NCBI GenBank assembly: GCA_963827385.1 | Contig: CAWHAR010000002.1 | Location: 223,656-287,655 of the forward strand | Direction of reading: 5' to 3' | Source of the DNA: an uncultured Actinomycetes bacterium | GTDB taxonomy: Bacteria; Actinomycetota; Acidimicrobiia; IMCC26256; DASPTH01 | Length of the DNA stretch: 64,000 nt | Program-made: the position numbers and the translations under genes | Part shown: positions 40,916-50,772 of the stretch, piece after piece | Position numbering within the stretch: the stretch's first letter is position 1 | Layout: every line of letters begins with the position of its first letter | Notes under the pieces: model-generated | Told to the model about the DNA's origin: nothing | The model's database searches: none | Seen by the model: the letters and a program-made list of their open reading frames with translations, nothing else

Positions 40916-41771
40916 GTGAGGCCGATGACAGCGAAGAAGCGGTTCAAGCAACATGTGCGCGACCGTGCCCGCAAGACGGGCGAGTCGTACACAACCGCGC
41001 TTGCACACGCTCGTCGTCGGCCGGCGGAGGAGCACTCTGTGCTGTACGACACCATCGGAGCTACATACATCCAGACCCGACACACCGAGCCGCGAATCGC
41101 CGCCCGAATCGTGGGCAGCCCTCGGGGATGCTGAAACCGTGCTGAACGTCGGTGCGGGCACCGGGTCCTACGAGCCACTCGACCGCTACGTCCTGGGGGT
41201 CGAACCGTCGAAACTCATGCGCTCGCAGCGAGCCCGAGGCGCGGCACCGTGTATGGCGGGATCGGCCGAGAGCCTGCCGTTCGATGATCAATCCTTTGAC
41301 GCGGCGATGGCGTTCTCAACCATTCATCACTGGCGGGACCCGATCGCTGGCCTGCGCGAGATGCGACGCGTGGCCCGCCGCGTCGTTGTGCTCGCATTCG
41401 ACACGAGTAAACCGAACCAGTTCTGGCTGACCCGTGACTACCTGCCCGAGGTCGTGGGCTTGAAGGGGTTCAGTCTCCTCGCATCACTGCCTGAGTTAGC
41501 GAATGCGATTGGGGCCCGCATGGAACCAGTGCCTATTCCATGGGACTGCGCTGACGGTTTCTACGAGGCCTACTGGCGTCGACCCGACGCATACCTCGAC
41601 GAGAACGTTCGCCGCGGCATCTCGACCTGGACCGCAGTCGGTACCGATGTAGAAGAGAGGGCGGTGCGCAAGCTGCGCAATGACCTGGACTCGGGCCGTT
41701 GGTCGGAGCGCAACAGCGACCTCGCCGACATGGATGCCGCCGAGCTTGGCGCTCGTCTCCTTATCGTCTGA
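40916..41771 (+). CDS. class I SAM-dependent methyltransferase, one frameshift
   Basis: The N-terminus MTAKKRFKQHVRDRARKTGESYTTAL...VLYDTIGATYIQTRHTEPRIAARI lies in ORF 40916. The body lies in ORF 40953..41771 (VLNVGAGTGSYEP, DDQSFDAAMAFSTIHHW). The junction is near 41110-41125. Confidence 0.7.
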
Positions 41772-42033
41772 ACGCCGTCGCTCGACGAACATCGCGACAC
41801 ACCGGGGTGCCGAGGCCCAGCCGCTCCGCAACGGGCAAATCTGTGCGGGTAGACGACGAGCCAGGAGAGGCGTCGAATCACGGTGCTGCTCGCAGCGTGG
41901 TCGCCCGCGTGTTGGGCTCGGGCGGGGGGCTCGGCGTGTGGAACTTCGGCAGCACCAGCCACACCAGGTCGATAACTCGGCGCGTCCCGCAATGAGTTGG
42001 TTGCGGTTTGCCGAGCCGCGAGCGTGGTCGACG

Positions 42034-42937
42034 TCAGGCACCGTGCTGAAAGCGCTCCGGCACGTGCTCCTCGAAGGCCGTCAGCATCTCGCCCATGAAG
42101 ACCCGGACAGCATCCCAGATCGCTTCGCAGACGGCCTGCGCATCGCGATCCTCGTCGTAGGTCAACCCCTCGCGATGCTCGACTCGTGCGGTAACCGGGT
42201 CGGGAAACGGCAGGACGAGCCGACCCTCGCGGACGATCCCGCTCTTCGACCCCGCGAACGGGCTGCATGTGCAGGTTCAAGTTCGCGAAGTGTTCCGCCT
42301 CGACGAACGGCGTGGAAAGCAGCTTCGATCGCGCCGCGATCACAGCGTCACGACGTGGTCCTTCAGCAAGAGCCATGACAAGACCTTGATCGGGTAAGCC
42401 CCTGGGTCCTCGACGTCGAAGCCGATCATCCAGGGTGGGCGCGCCCACATCAATAGCTCTTCGACCGAGTACCAAGCGTCTTCTGTCCTCGGGTCCATGA
42501 TCCCTGTCGGAAATGTCGGATCGGATTCAGCGATGAACACGGCGTGAGTCGTCTCCGCTTGAGTGATGGAGCTTCGCAGCGCGTCGATTGCACGTTCGAC
42601 GCCACCTGCAGCGTCGATGACGTCCCACAACATCGACCGTGTCGCTGTGACGACGATTTCGATGTCGTCGTACTCCCGGCCGAGGGAGTGAAGCCGCGGG
42701 GCCAATGACGTCGGCGCCCTCGTAGCGCATCGGATCGGATACCCATAGTTCAAGCCCAAAGTCAAGCGCGACGCCATGCTTACTGAAGTTGGCGGCTGAC
42801 GTTGCCATTCCCATGCTTGCGGAGGCATGGGCACGAAGGTAGGCCCGGTCATCCGGCGTGCCACGGATAGCACGACTCCCGAGTCGTCTTCTTACCGGGT
42901 CAAGGTCGGGCAATCTCGATGGATGTCGCCAGGACAT
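42034..42937 (-). CDS. hypothetical protein (about 300 aa), about three frameshifts
   Basis: Pieces, in order: ORF 42527..42937 (ANFSKHGVALDFGLELWVSDPMRYEG), ORF 42340..42873 (REYDDIEIVVTATRSMLWDVIDAAGGVERAIDALR), part of ORF 41570..42475 (VIAARSKLLSTPFVEAEHFANLNLH). A manually translated tail follows (IVREGRLVLPFPDPVTARVEH...FEEHVPERFQHGA), with stop at 42034-42036. Confidence 0.4.
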
Positions 42938-43072
42938 ACGACGGCCAACGACTAGCCGACTTCCACGGCGCGACGCCGGCCTTCGTCATCGGTCATTTCG
43001 TCTTTTGTCACTCGAGACTTACTCGGGCAGATAGATGGACTTGACGTTGGCACGGTGCGGTCAGTGATCAGC

Positions 43073-43608
43073 TCAGTTCATCGCCTTGGCCGCTAACGCA
43101 CCAATGAGTGCGGCGATGATCGCTGTGCCAAGAAGGATCCAGATCTGTCGCCACGTATCGGCCGAGAGACCAGCTGCTTCGGCCCGCTTCGTCGGCACCA
43201 CGCAGAAACCGATGTGCTCGGTGGGATGTAGACAGCGGCAAGAAAGATCACGACGAGGGTCGTGAGCACACACGGCGCAAGCCAGGGCAACACATCTCCG
43301 AAGTTGCCCTGGTCTTGCGCTGCGACGCCGTACGCGACCAGCGCGACGAGTAAGCCCACACACCAAGCAATCACGCCAGGGGCATATCGAACGCCCGACC
43401 AGATTGATCCACGATCCGAGATCCAGAGAGCGATGTCGTCGACGATCCTCCGCGCTACCGAATCGTCGTCGTCGCAGCTCACTGAGGCAACGTCACCGAG
43501 AAAGACATGCACGCGTGGGTTGAAGCAGTACATGCTCACGGAGCGCAGCTCGTCCTTGGTTGCCTCCGCGGAGGTCGTCGACCTCGGGAGCGCGGGCACC
43601 GCCAGCAC
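43073..43608 (-). CDS. multi-pass membrane protein, one frameshift
   Basis: ORF 43093..43608 (GVIAWCVGLLVALVAYGV, VLTTLVVIFLAAVYI) continues in ORF 43073..43366 (WRQIWILLGTAIIAALIGALAAKAMN). Confidence 0.45.
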
Positions 43609-43774
43609 TGAGCCTCGGACCGTCGTTGAGAGAGTGCGCCGAGTGGCGCGTCCGCCGCCGCCTTCTCGATTTCGTTCCAGAAGATCTCCAGGTCATCGAG
43701 GTAAAAGGCGCGCGGGACCGACACGTCTTCGGTAGTCGCCGTGGGACTGATGAAGCTCGCGTTCCAGCTTGGAC

Positions 43775-45166
43775 TCACGGTCGAGAACGATAACGCTCTG
43801 CGCGCTTGGTGAGGGTCTGGTCTAGAACAGTGTGTCGAAGTTGTCGTTCCAAGCACAGCCAGACGCCATGGCGAGCGCACAGGTCTCGCCATCGAGGATC
43901 GGCAGGCTTGCTTTCGAGCGCGACCGCCGCACTCACTGTGTCGAAATGGTCTTCGAGCCGGTGTTGGTAATCGAGTACCTGACCGAGCGCGAGTCGGATC
44001 TGACTGGCCTCGTTCGTCCCGGTCAGGCTCTTGACCTCGACGACCGTGACGCCCGCTGGGTGGTGCCAAGCGATATCGAAGCTTGGGTCGCCAGGACCAG
44101 GGGACAGCGGCATGTACCCGTGACGGGCGATGGCGTTCTTCAGTGCCTGTTGCGTCGCCTGGTGGCCGCGTAGCCCACGGTCGATCCGCACTTCGAGGAT
44201 CCACCTCGAACGGATCACGTGGCGGGCTGGCGTGGTCGGGATCAACGTCGCGGTAGGGCGTGGCGAGGAGTGGACGAATGATTCGCCGGTCCGGCTTTGC
44301 GACATGTTCGATCACCGTGGTACCGACGGGATGCAGTCGGAACATGACCACCTTGCGAAGTTGGCCGGAACCGCTTTCGTGGACGTTGACCCAGTAGATG
44401 GGGTCTGAATCGTCGAGCGTGAACTCGCCGGCGTATTCGACAGTGCCTTTCGATCCCCAGAACACGCGGAGGGCCCGACCATCGGATTGATGGTGCAAGA
44501 TTGCCCCATTACCAGCATCGAGGGTTTGGTCGCCGTGTTGGCCCTCGCCGGCGTAGTGAAACTCGTTACCGTCCCATCGGTCGTAGTAGCCGTGCTGCTC
44601 ACCGCTCCCGGCGTCCGAGAGAGGAACACGTTCGGTGTCTGCGCGGAAGGTCCGATGCCGCCCCGGCGGCTGCCGCCGTACCGCTCGTGCAGCTCAACGT
44701 GACGTAGCTGGGCGCCGGCCTCCAACTCCCAGTCCGTGAGCTGCGTAAAGAGGGGGAACTCGACACGAGTCACGGCGCCGATCATGGCCATCGCTTGTTG
44801 TTCGCCGCCGAGTTCTTGCAGCGAACTGGCGGGGACTCGGTGTTGGAACTCGAGATCGATCGCCGAGTACCCGGCAAGACCACGCGGGTTGTCGATCGGC
44901 CAGTCGCCATCGAGGGAGTAGCCGATCAGTGGCTCGTTGCTCGCGTTGGCGACGACGAACACGTACCGACCGTTGAGCCCAACTACGCGGAACGCCGCGA
45001 CGGTTGCGAGCTCGGCGTCAGTGCGCGCCTGGGTGATGTCGTATCCGATCCGGAAGCGACGGCCACCAGCGGCGCGCAACGTTCGCCGCGATCCCATGAA
45101 GTGGCGAGGCCACCAGCCGCCCGTGCCATCCGGGAGCGTGTAAGGACGGTGATCGAAGCGAGCCAC
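43775..45166 (-). CDS. type IV (modification-dependent) restriction endonuclease-like protein: SRA/YDG-like reader plus PD-(D/E)xK nuclease; frameshifted
   Basis: The N-domain lies in ORF 44312..45166. Manual and track translation gives GYYDRWDGNEFHYAGEGQHGDQTLDAGNGAILHHQSDGRALRVFWG (SRA-like). The C-terminus in ORF 43775..44305 has DIAWHHPAGVTVVEVKSL...LALGQVLDY (D...EVK nuclease motif). Confidence 0.6.
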
Positions 45167-45283
45167 AAGCCCATTCTTCCTCGTCCGGACGCGACGGTCG
45201 GTAACTCCAAGCCTTACTGCGGCTTACACCAAGATGATCGTGACGTGAGGAGCCAGCGGCGCTCGGGTCAACAGCACGTCATG

Positions 45284-45375
45284 CACGCCACCATCCGCAC
45301 CACCTCCGACCGCTACGGCCACCTCTACCAAGAAGCCCGCGAACGCCTCCGCGACCACCTCGACCATACGTACGC
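45284..45375 (+). pseudogene. remnant copy of the integrase 3' end (copy B)
   Basis: About 92 bp aligning to 40503-40594 with few mismatches. It encodes HATIRTTSDRYGHLYQEARERLRDHLDHTY, and no upstream integrase body is present. Confidence 0.8.
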
Positions 45376-45571
45376 GGATGCGCGACCGGTTGCGAGAGCG
45401 CCTGACACACCACGTGGCACGCACCAGCGGGCCGTCACCGATCGAAGTCTCAAGCAGGCACTTCGGGGAGGCTTGTGGTCGCGACTAGGGCCCGAGCGCG
45501 TGCAGGTTCTTAACAAAGCAAGCGTCGACAAGTTGCTCGCGGGTCAAGCACGGGTGCGGTATCACTATCCG

Positions 45572-46351
45572 ATGGACGACCGGGAGATTCCGCTCGCGGG
45601 CGGGAACCTCAACCCTTCTGTGGTGCGCGTGGGCGAGACGGTTCGTCGAACGGCCGGGCCGTGGACTCCTGCCGTGCACTCGCTCCTTCGGTATCTCGCA
45701 GGGGTCGGCTATCCCGCGCCCGTGCCATTCGGTATCGACGACAGGGGTCGTGAGGTGTTGTCGTTCGTCGACGGCGTTGCCGTGCACCCGGACCACGTGG
45801 AATTGATGGCGCATCTTCCTGCGCTCACCCGGGCTGCGAGTTTGATCGCCGATTATCACGACGCCCAACAGCACTTCATCCCACCCGCTGATGCGCAGTG
45901 GCAAAACAACGGACGTGATCCGTCTGGATCAGAGGAGGTGTTGGCGCACAACGACTTCGCTCGTGGAATCTGATCGTCGGACCCCGATGGGTGTACATCG
46001 ACTGGGACCTCGTCGCTGCCAGGCCGTCGCTATTGGGATCTCGCATGGGCGTTGCATTCGCTCGGCGGCCTCTGGCCCGGAAGTGGGTTCTCGGACACGG
46101 ACACGGTTGCTCGGATCGTCGCGTTTTGCGATGGGGCCCGTGTGCCGCTTCAAGATCGAGCGCAGCTTCTCGGCACAGTCGTAGAGCGGACCGCCTACTG
46201 CGCGGAGGAGATTCGGCGTCGCAGCGAGGCGAGAGAACCCGCATATGTGCGGATGATGGACGACGGACACGCCGAGGGTTGGGCGCAGGGCTCGACTCAC
46301 GTGGAGCAACACCTAGAACTATGGACGCGACTTCTTAACGGCGACGGCTGA
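45572..46351 (+). CDS. phosphotransferase enzyme family protein (APH-like), two frameshifts
   Basis: ATG 45572: MDDREIPLAGGNLNPSVVRVGETVRRTAGPW...EVLAHNDFA. Then WVYIDWDLVAARP (ORF 45991). Then WDLAWALHSLGG... to the stop at 46351 (ORF 46052). Confidence 0.65.
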
Positions 46352-46563
46352 TCACGCCGACCACCCCGGCGATGGCCACAGGCGTCAGCAGCGCCCCGCG
46401 GAGGGTGGAGCGCAGTGGTATCCGGCAACTGTTTCGGCAGCTCGTACTCACACGCCAGACGAAGACGTCGTCAAGCAGGTAACAATTTGCTTCTTCGGCA
46501 GCGTGACTCTGGCGAGTCTGCGTCCAGGGAAAGCACAGGCCGTCTGAATGAATGGGCGGTTGA

Positions 46564-47377
46564 GTGATGGACCATCTCGCGCACACCAGTACGGACCGTT
46601 GGGACGTGGTCGCCGACTCCTACGGCATTTCGCCAATGATTTCCCGACTCGCCAACGGGCTGGTCGATGCGGTGGGGATTGCAAGTGGAGAGTCGGTCGT
46701 CGACGTGGGAACGGGCACTGGGCTGGCGCTGTTTGCGGCGGCGCGACGAGCTCGGGACGGAGTGGCGGTCGGCGTCGATCGCAGCTACCAGATGTTGAAG
46801 GTCGCGTCGAGCGCGATGTCGAGCCCAACAATGGTCGTCGGCGGTCTTGTCCGTGCCGACGCACTCTCACTTCCTCTCCGGTCCTCAACCGTCGACGTCG
46901 CTTTGGCGGCGTCCGTGTGGCAGTTCGTCGGTTACTCCCAAGACGCTCTTGTCGAATGGTCGCGGGTGCTGCGTCCCGGCGGCCGTCTGGGCATGTCAGT
47001 GCCCGGCGGCGGCTCCGAAGCAAGCATTCCAGGCGACCTCACCGCCAAGTACTTCGACCGCCTCACACCGTCCGCGCAGGCGGACTTCGCATCGAGGGCC
47101 TCGTCGGCTCGCGCCCAACCTGATCTGTGCGAGACGCTCACCGAAGCGGGCTTCTCGGACGTGGAGGTGCTCCAACGCAGCTGGAACGATGTCCTGTCCG
47201 GGCCGGAAGACTGGTGGGCGCTCCAGTGGACCCACGGCTCCCGGTTCTTTCTTCAAGGTCTCGAGCCCGACGCGGCTGAGCGCTCTCAAAGCAGAGGCGC
47301 TGGATCGGCTCGGGCGCTCCGACGATGGCGGAGTGACAGTCACCACCAAGGTGACCTACTGCGTAGCGCGTCGCTAA
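46564..47377 (+). CDS. class I SAM-dependent methyltransferase, C-terminal frameshift
   Basis: ORF 46564..47427 with VVDVGTGTGLALFAAA and VLRPGGRLGM. The tail continues in ORF 46847..47377 (SALKAEALDRLGRSDDGGVTVTTKVTYCVARR). Confidence 0.7.
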
Positions 47378-47423
47378 GCGTCACTTGTAGTGGAGGAGGC
47401 AGCGGTGACTGTGTCGGATCGTC

Positions 47424-47999
47424 GTGACTCCCAGTTCCGAAAGCCGGTCGACGCCAGGTATCGCATTGAGTGAGCGTGTTCGAGTGGACGAGGTCATCAC
47501 CGGTGCGGAGATGGAACTGCGCCGCTGGATGCCGTCCGATCGCGAGGCGCTGGCAGAAATCGTTACCTCATCGCTGCCCCACATCGCGACGTACATGCCA
47601 CAGGCCGCGACGGAGCTCGCCGACCCCGCAGCGTTCCTCGCGCTTGCGAGTCGACTGTGGGCTGCCGGGTCCGTCTTTGCGTACTCGATTGTTCGCGCCG
47701 GTCGAGTCGTCGGCCACATCACGCTGACTCCAGAGAGATCGGGTGCCGTAGTGGGCTATTGGGTTCGTTCTGAGGACGTCGGGCTTGGCTACGCCACGGC
47801 CGCGATCGGTGTCCTGGCCGACGCAGTGTTCTGCAGCACAGACATCATTGAGCTGCGTGCCGACTGCAATGTTGCGAATGCCGCGAGCGCGCGCGTGCTC
47901 GCCAAGGCCGGCTTTCGCCTCGCGGGCCGGCGCTCGTGGCAGCCCCGCACCGAAGCCGAGGCGCCTGAGGAACTTCTTTGGGTCCTCGATCGATACTGA
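47424..47999 (+). CDS. GNAT family N-acetyltransferase (RimJ/RimL-like)
   Basis: Intact 191-aa ORF. GYWVRSEDVGLGYATAAIGVLADAVF and NVANAASARVLAKAGFRLAG. Confidence 0.8.
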   Translation: MTPSSESRSTPGIALSERVRVDEVITGAEMELRRWMPSDREALAEIVTSSLPHIATYMPQAATELADPAAFLALASRLWAAGSVFAYSIVRAGRVVGHITLTPERSGAVVGYWVRSEDVGLGYATAAIGVLADAVFCSTDIIELRADCNVANAASARVLAKAGFRLAGRRSWQPRTEAEAPEELLWVLDRY

Positions 48000-48036
48000 G
48001 ACGCGACTTGCCCCCATAGCACCCGCTCGCGGGTGC

Positions 48037-48122
48037 CCTCAGACACCAGCACCGCCACGGCAACCTCTATCAAGAAGCCCGCGAACGGCTCCGAAACACA
48101 GTGACCAGACCTACGCCGAGCG
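48037..48122 (+). pseudogene. degenerate remnant copy of the integrase 3' end (copy C)
   Basis: Aligns to about 40520-40605 with indels. It encodes ...HGNLYQEARERLRNTVTRPTPSE, compared with YGHLYQEARERLRDHLDHTYSE in the intact gene. Confidence 0.6.
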
Positions 48123-48258
48123 AACAACGAGTCTCGGTTGCCGCAAGAGGTCCCAGGTGCAGTGTTGGTGGTGGCACCTGAATGGGTCAGGCGGTTCGAC
48201 ACGGCAGAAAACACGTCGGTCGGAAGGTGTGCGGCGCTTCTGTTGGAAGGAGCCGCCG

Positions 48259-48881
48259 ATGTTCCACGCGAGACCGGTACCTTCGCAAGCCGTGACTTTC
48301 ACCGAAGCGCAGGTCAGGGACGCCGCGGGCGGGCTCTCGGTATCGCGCCCTCCAACTCTCTGGTGTCGCCGGCATGACGGTCGTGAAGGCCGCGTGGTCG
48401 ACTCAGAATCCGTACTTCTCGCAGACGATCAAGAACGCGCTAATCGAGTCGTCGCTTACCACCGCGGGCGCTCGCGTACTTCTTCACCCGGCAGCCGTAC
48501 GACGTCGGGTACGACGACATCCCTTCGACTTGGAAGCCGAGCAACGGCTTCGTCAACCTGGCAAAGCGCATCGCGGGACCGATCTCAACAGCACACAGTC
48601 ACTCCCAACCTGCGAGCCCGGAAGGTGATCCGCACCCGGGCGAGTGGCCAGTTGTCGAGATGGCAGTTGTGCTTGTCGGCGAGCTCGCGGTTCGTTGAGC
48701 GCATCGACCCAGACGCATGCGATCCGGGCTGGTTCGACCCGTCGCCGATCGCAACATACGAAGAGCTCATGTCTGTCGACCCACTCCGCGAGTTCACAGC
48801 TGTCAGCAATCACGAGAGGGTGGGCGACTCGACGAACTCCTGTGCGACTATCTCGGCGAGTTCGGCCACCCGCTCGTCTGA
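48259..48881 (+). CDS. hypothetical protein, about four frameshifts
   Basis: ATG 48259 with GGAAGGAG upstream. Pieces, in order: MFHARPVPSQAVTFTEAQVRDAAGG, MTVVKAAWSTQNPYFSQTIKNALIESS, YFFTRQPYDVGYDDIPSTWKPSNGFVNLAKRIAG, FVERIDPDACDPGWFDPSPIATYEELMSVDPLREF, RLDELLCDYLGEFGHPLV. Stop at 48879-48881. The reconstruction is tentative. Confidence 0.35.
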
Positions 48882-48898
48882 TCACGGAGGCGAATCGG

Positions 48899-49663
48899 GT
48901 GCGACGCGAAGAGACTCTTGCCTTCGAGCTCGTAGCGCGGGTCCTGGGCATCGCCGTCGAGTCACACGACGACGGCAGCGAGCCGGGCATGGTCGACGCC
49001 CTGATCCAGTACGGCGATGGTGAGGTCGGCGCGCTCGAAGTCACGACTCTCGCCGACCAGGCGACCATGCAACTCGAAGGCGAGCTCGGCGACGGGACAT
49101 ACACGGTCGCGGGAGCATCGTTGGCGTGGCACGTTCGCATTCCGACTGGGGTGAGCCTCCGCGAGTTCCGCAAGCGCCTCGATCAGGTGGTGCACGAGTG
49201 CGAGAGCGCCGGTCATACCAACGTCGAGGGGCTCCGTTGGTCTGGCAGCGACGACGCCCGGTGGTTCGTCGAGTCCCGGATCGACCTGCAGGGGTTCCCA
49301 ACGTCCGCCCACCCGGGCGCGGTTCATGCGATCGCACGGGGTGGTGGCGGCGGGGCAATCGACCATGAGCTCACGAAGCTCGTCCCATGGCTCCACGACG
49401 AGTTCGAGAACGAGCCGTTCGCCGGTCACATTGCGAAACTCGAGCGGACGGGTCTGCGCGAGCGCCATCTCTTCGCCCACGTACACGACTCGACGCCGCT
49501 GCTCCCCGAGGACCTCATGCTGAGCATGACCTTCAACGAAACGTTGCCGGTCGCGCCGCTCGATCCGCCAGGCGGGCTTACCTGCTTGTGGCTGGTGCCG
49601 AAGTTCACGAGTAGCGCGCTCGTGTGGCACGCGTACAAGGGATGGCTCCGAGTAACCCTCTGA
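48899..49663 (+). CDS. hypothetical protein, possible nuclease fold
   Basis: In-frame GTG at 48899 with GGAGG 8 nt upstream, 18 nt after the upstream stop. 254 aa, balanced composition (ETLAFELVARVLGIAVESHDDGSEPGMVDALIQYGDGEVGALEVTTLAD). Confidence 0.5.
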   Translation: MRREETLAFELVARVLGIAVESHDDGSEPGMVDALIQYGDGEVGALEVTTLADQATMQLEGELGDGTYTVAGASLAWHVRIPTGVSLREFRKRLDQVVHECESAGHTNVEGLRWSGSDDARWFVESRIDLQGFPTSAHPGAVHAIARGGGGGAIDHELTKLVPWLHDEFENEPFAGHIAKLERTGLRERHLFAHVHDSTPLLPEDLMLSMTFNETLPVAPLDPPGGLTCLWLVPKFTSSALVWHAYKGWLRVTL

Positions 49664-49831
49664 TGCTCGCACCCGCGCACCCTCCGACAGGTACCTCGCT
49701 GGTCACTGTCCCCCGGAACGTCGGTCCCGAGCCGCACTCCTTTCCGGCTTGTGAAGTCTGGGCGGCACGGAGAGCCGGCACTCGCCGCTGAGGCCGCTCT
49801 CTCGACTCCACCGGCCCGAGGTCCGGCTGGC

Positions 49832-50391
49832 TCAGTGTTCCACGGTCGCGGCAGACGAGTTTCCCAGGATCGGCGCGTTGCAGTTCGAGACCTTCCAGTG
49901 ACCGTGATGGAGCGTGAACTCGACCCAGTTGTCGTTCCCGACCTTCGCGACCGGGAGGTTGTACACCACTTGGGCCTCGCCGTGGTTGGACGTCAGGTTG
50001 CGCAGCTCGACGTCACGGATACGAACGCGGTCAAGCGCGACACCCAGTTCGTGTTGCATCGACGCTCGCAAGCCACGGAGATAAAGAGCGGCCTGAGCCT
50101 TTGACAACGACACGCCCGTCGAGTTGCGGTGCATTCCGGGCCTTGCAGACGGCGAATTTCGTCCGCGCTTCCCGTCAGGAACGTTTGTGCCCACGCGACT
50201 GCCGCGGCTCGCACCTTCGACGTCGATTCAGCCGTTGCAGGAGCATCCGTCGTCGGCGGCGTCGGCGACAAAGAGCCGGAGTCCGACACCGAGCTGCTCG
50301 CTCTCACCGGAAGAGTCGAAGCGAACAGGGTGATCAGCCCCACCATGGCGATTAACGCGACTGATCGGCGTACCTCGGACCAGGACATCAC
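49832..50391 (-). CDS. secreted hypothetical protein, one frameshift
   Basis: The signal peptide lies in ORF 49993..50391 (VALIAMVGLITLFASTLPVRA). The C-terminal domain lies in ORF 49832..50194 (LSKAQAALYLRGLRASMQHELGVALDRVRIRDVELRNL...FTLHHGHWKVSNC). Confidence 0.5.
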
Positions 50392-50569
50392 CGCACTCTG
50401 TCACGCTGCGCATCTCTGGTCACGACACGTCCACTCGGTCACTGCGCCGCTGCGGGCATCCACGCGGGAGCCTGACTCCACACGCCGGACGGCTCCGTAG
50501 AGAGCCCGCGAATCACGGCCACGGACTTTCCGCGGACTTGGTGCCTGACTACGGAGCCCCGACGCGGAG

Positions 50570-50651
50570 CAGCGGCCCGAAGGGGCCGCTGACCTGCAGT
50601 TCTCTGGAGCGGACGACGGGATTCGAACCCGCGACCCTCACCTTGGCAAGG
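50570..50651. repeat. right direct repeat of the island (3' half of the intact tRNA-Gly plus its downstream hairpin)
   Basis: Counterpart of 11685-11766. It has the 47-nt identical core 50605-50651 and the hairpin AGCGGCCC-GAAG-GGGCCGCT at 50571-50590. The 14-nt spacer is diverged. Confidence 0.85.
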
Positions 50652-50680
50652 TGATGCTCTACCAGCTGAGCCACGTCCGC
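50605..50680 (-). tRNA. tRNA-Gly (anticodon GCC), CCA encoded
   Basis: The reverse complement GCGGACGTGGCTCAGCTGGTAGAGCATCACCTTGCCAAGGTGAGGGTCGCGGGTTCGAATCCCGTCGTCCGCTCCA folds as a cloverleaf. It has a 7-bp acceptor GCGGACG/CGTCCGC, a D-arm GCTC/GAGC, an anticodon loop TTGCCAA and a T-loop TTCGAAT. Confidence 0.92.
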
Positions 50681-50772
50681 GTGGGTGAGCAGGATAGCCC
50701 CTTGCGGTTGCATCAGCCGCCTCCGCTGCGTGCATAGGATCACGCCTCGGAAGCGGCCTGAGGGGGCGTGGC

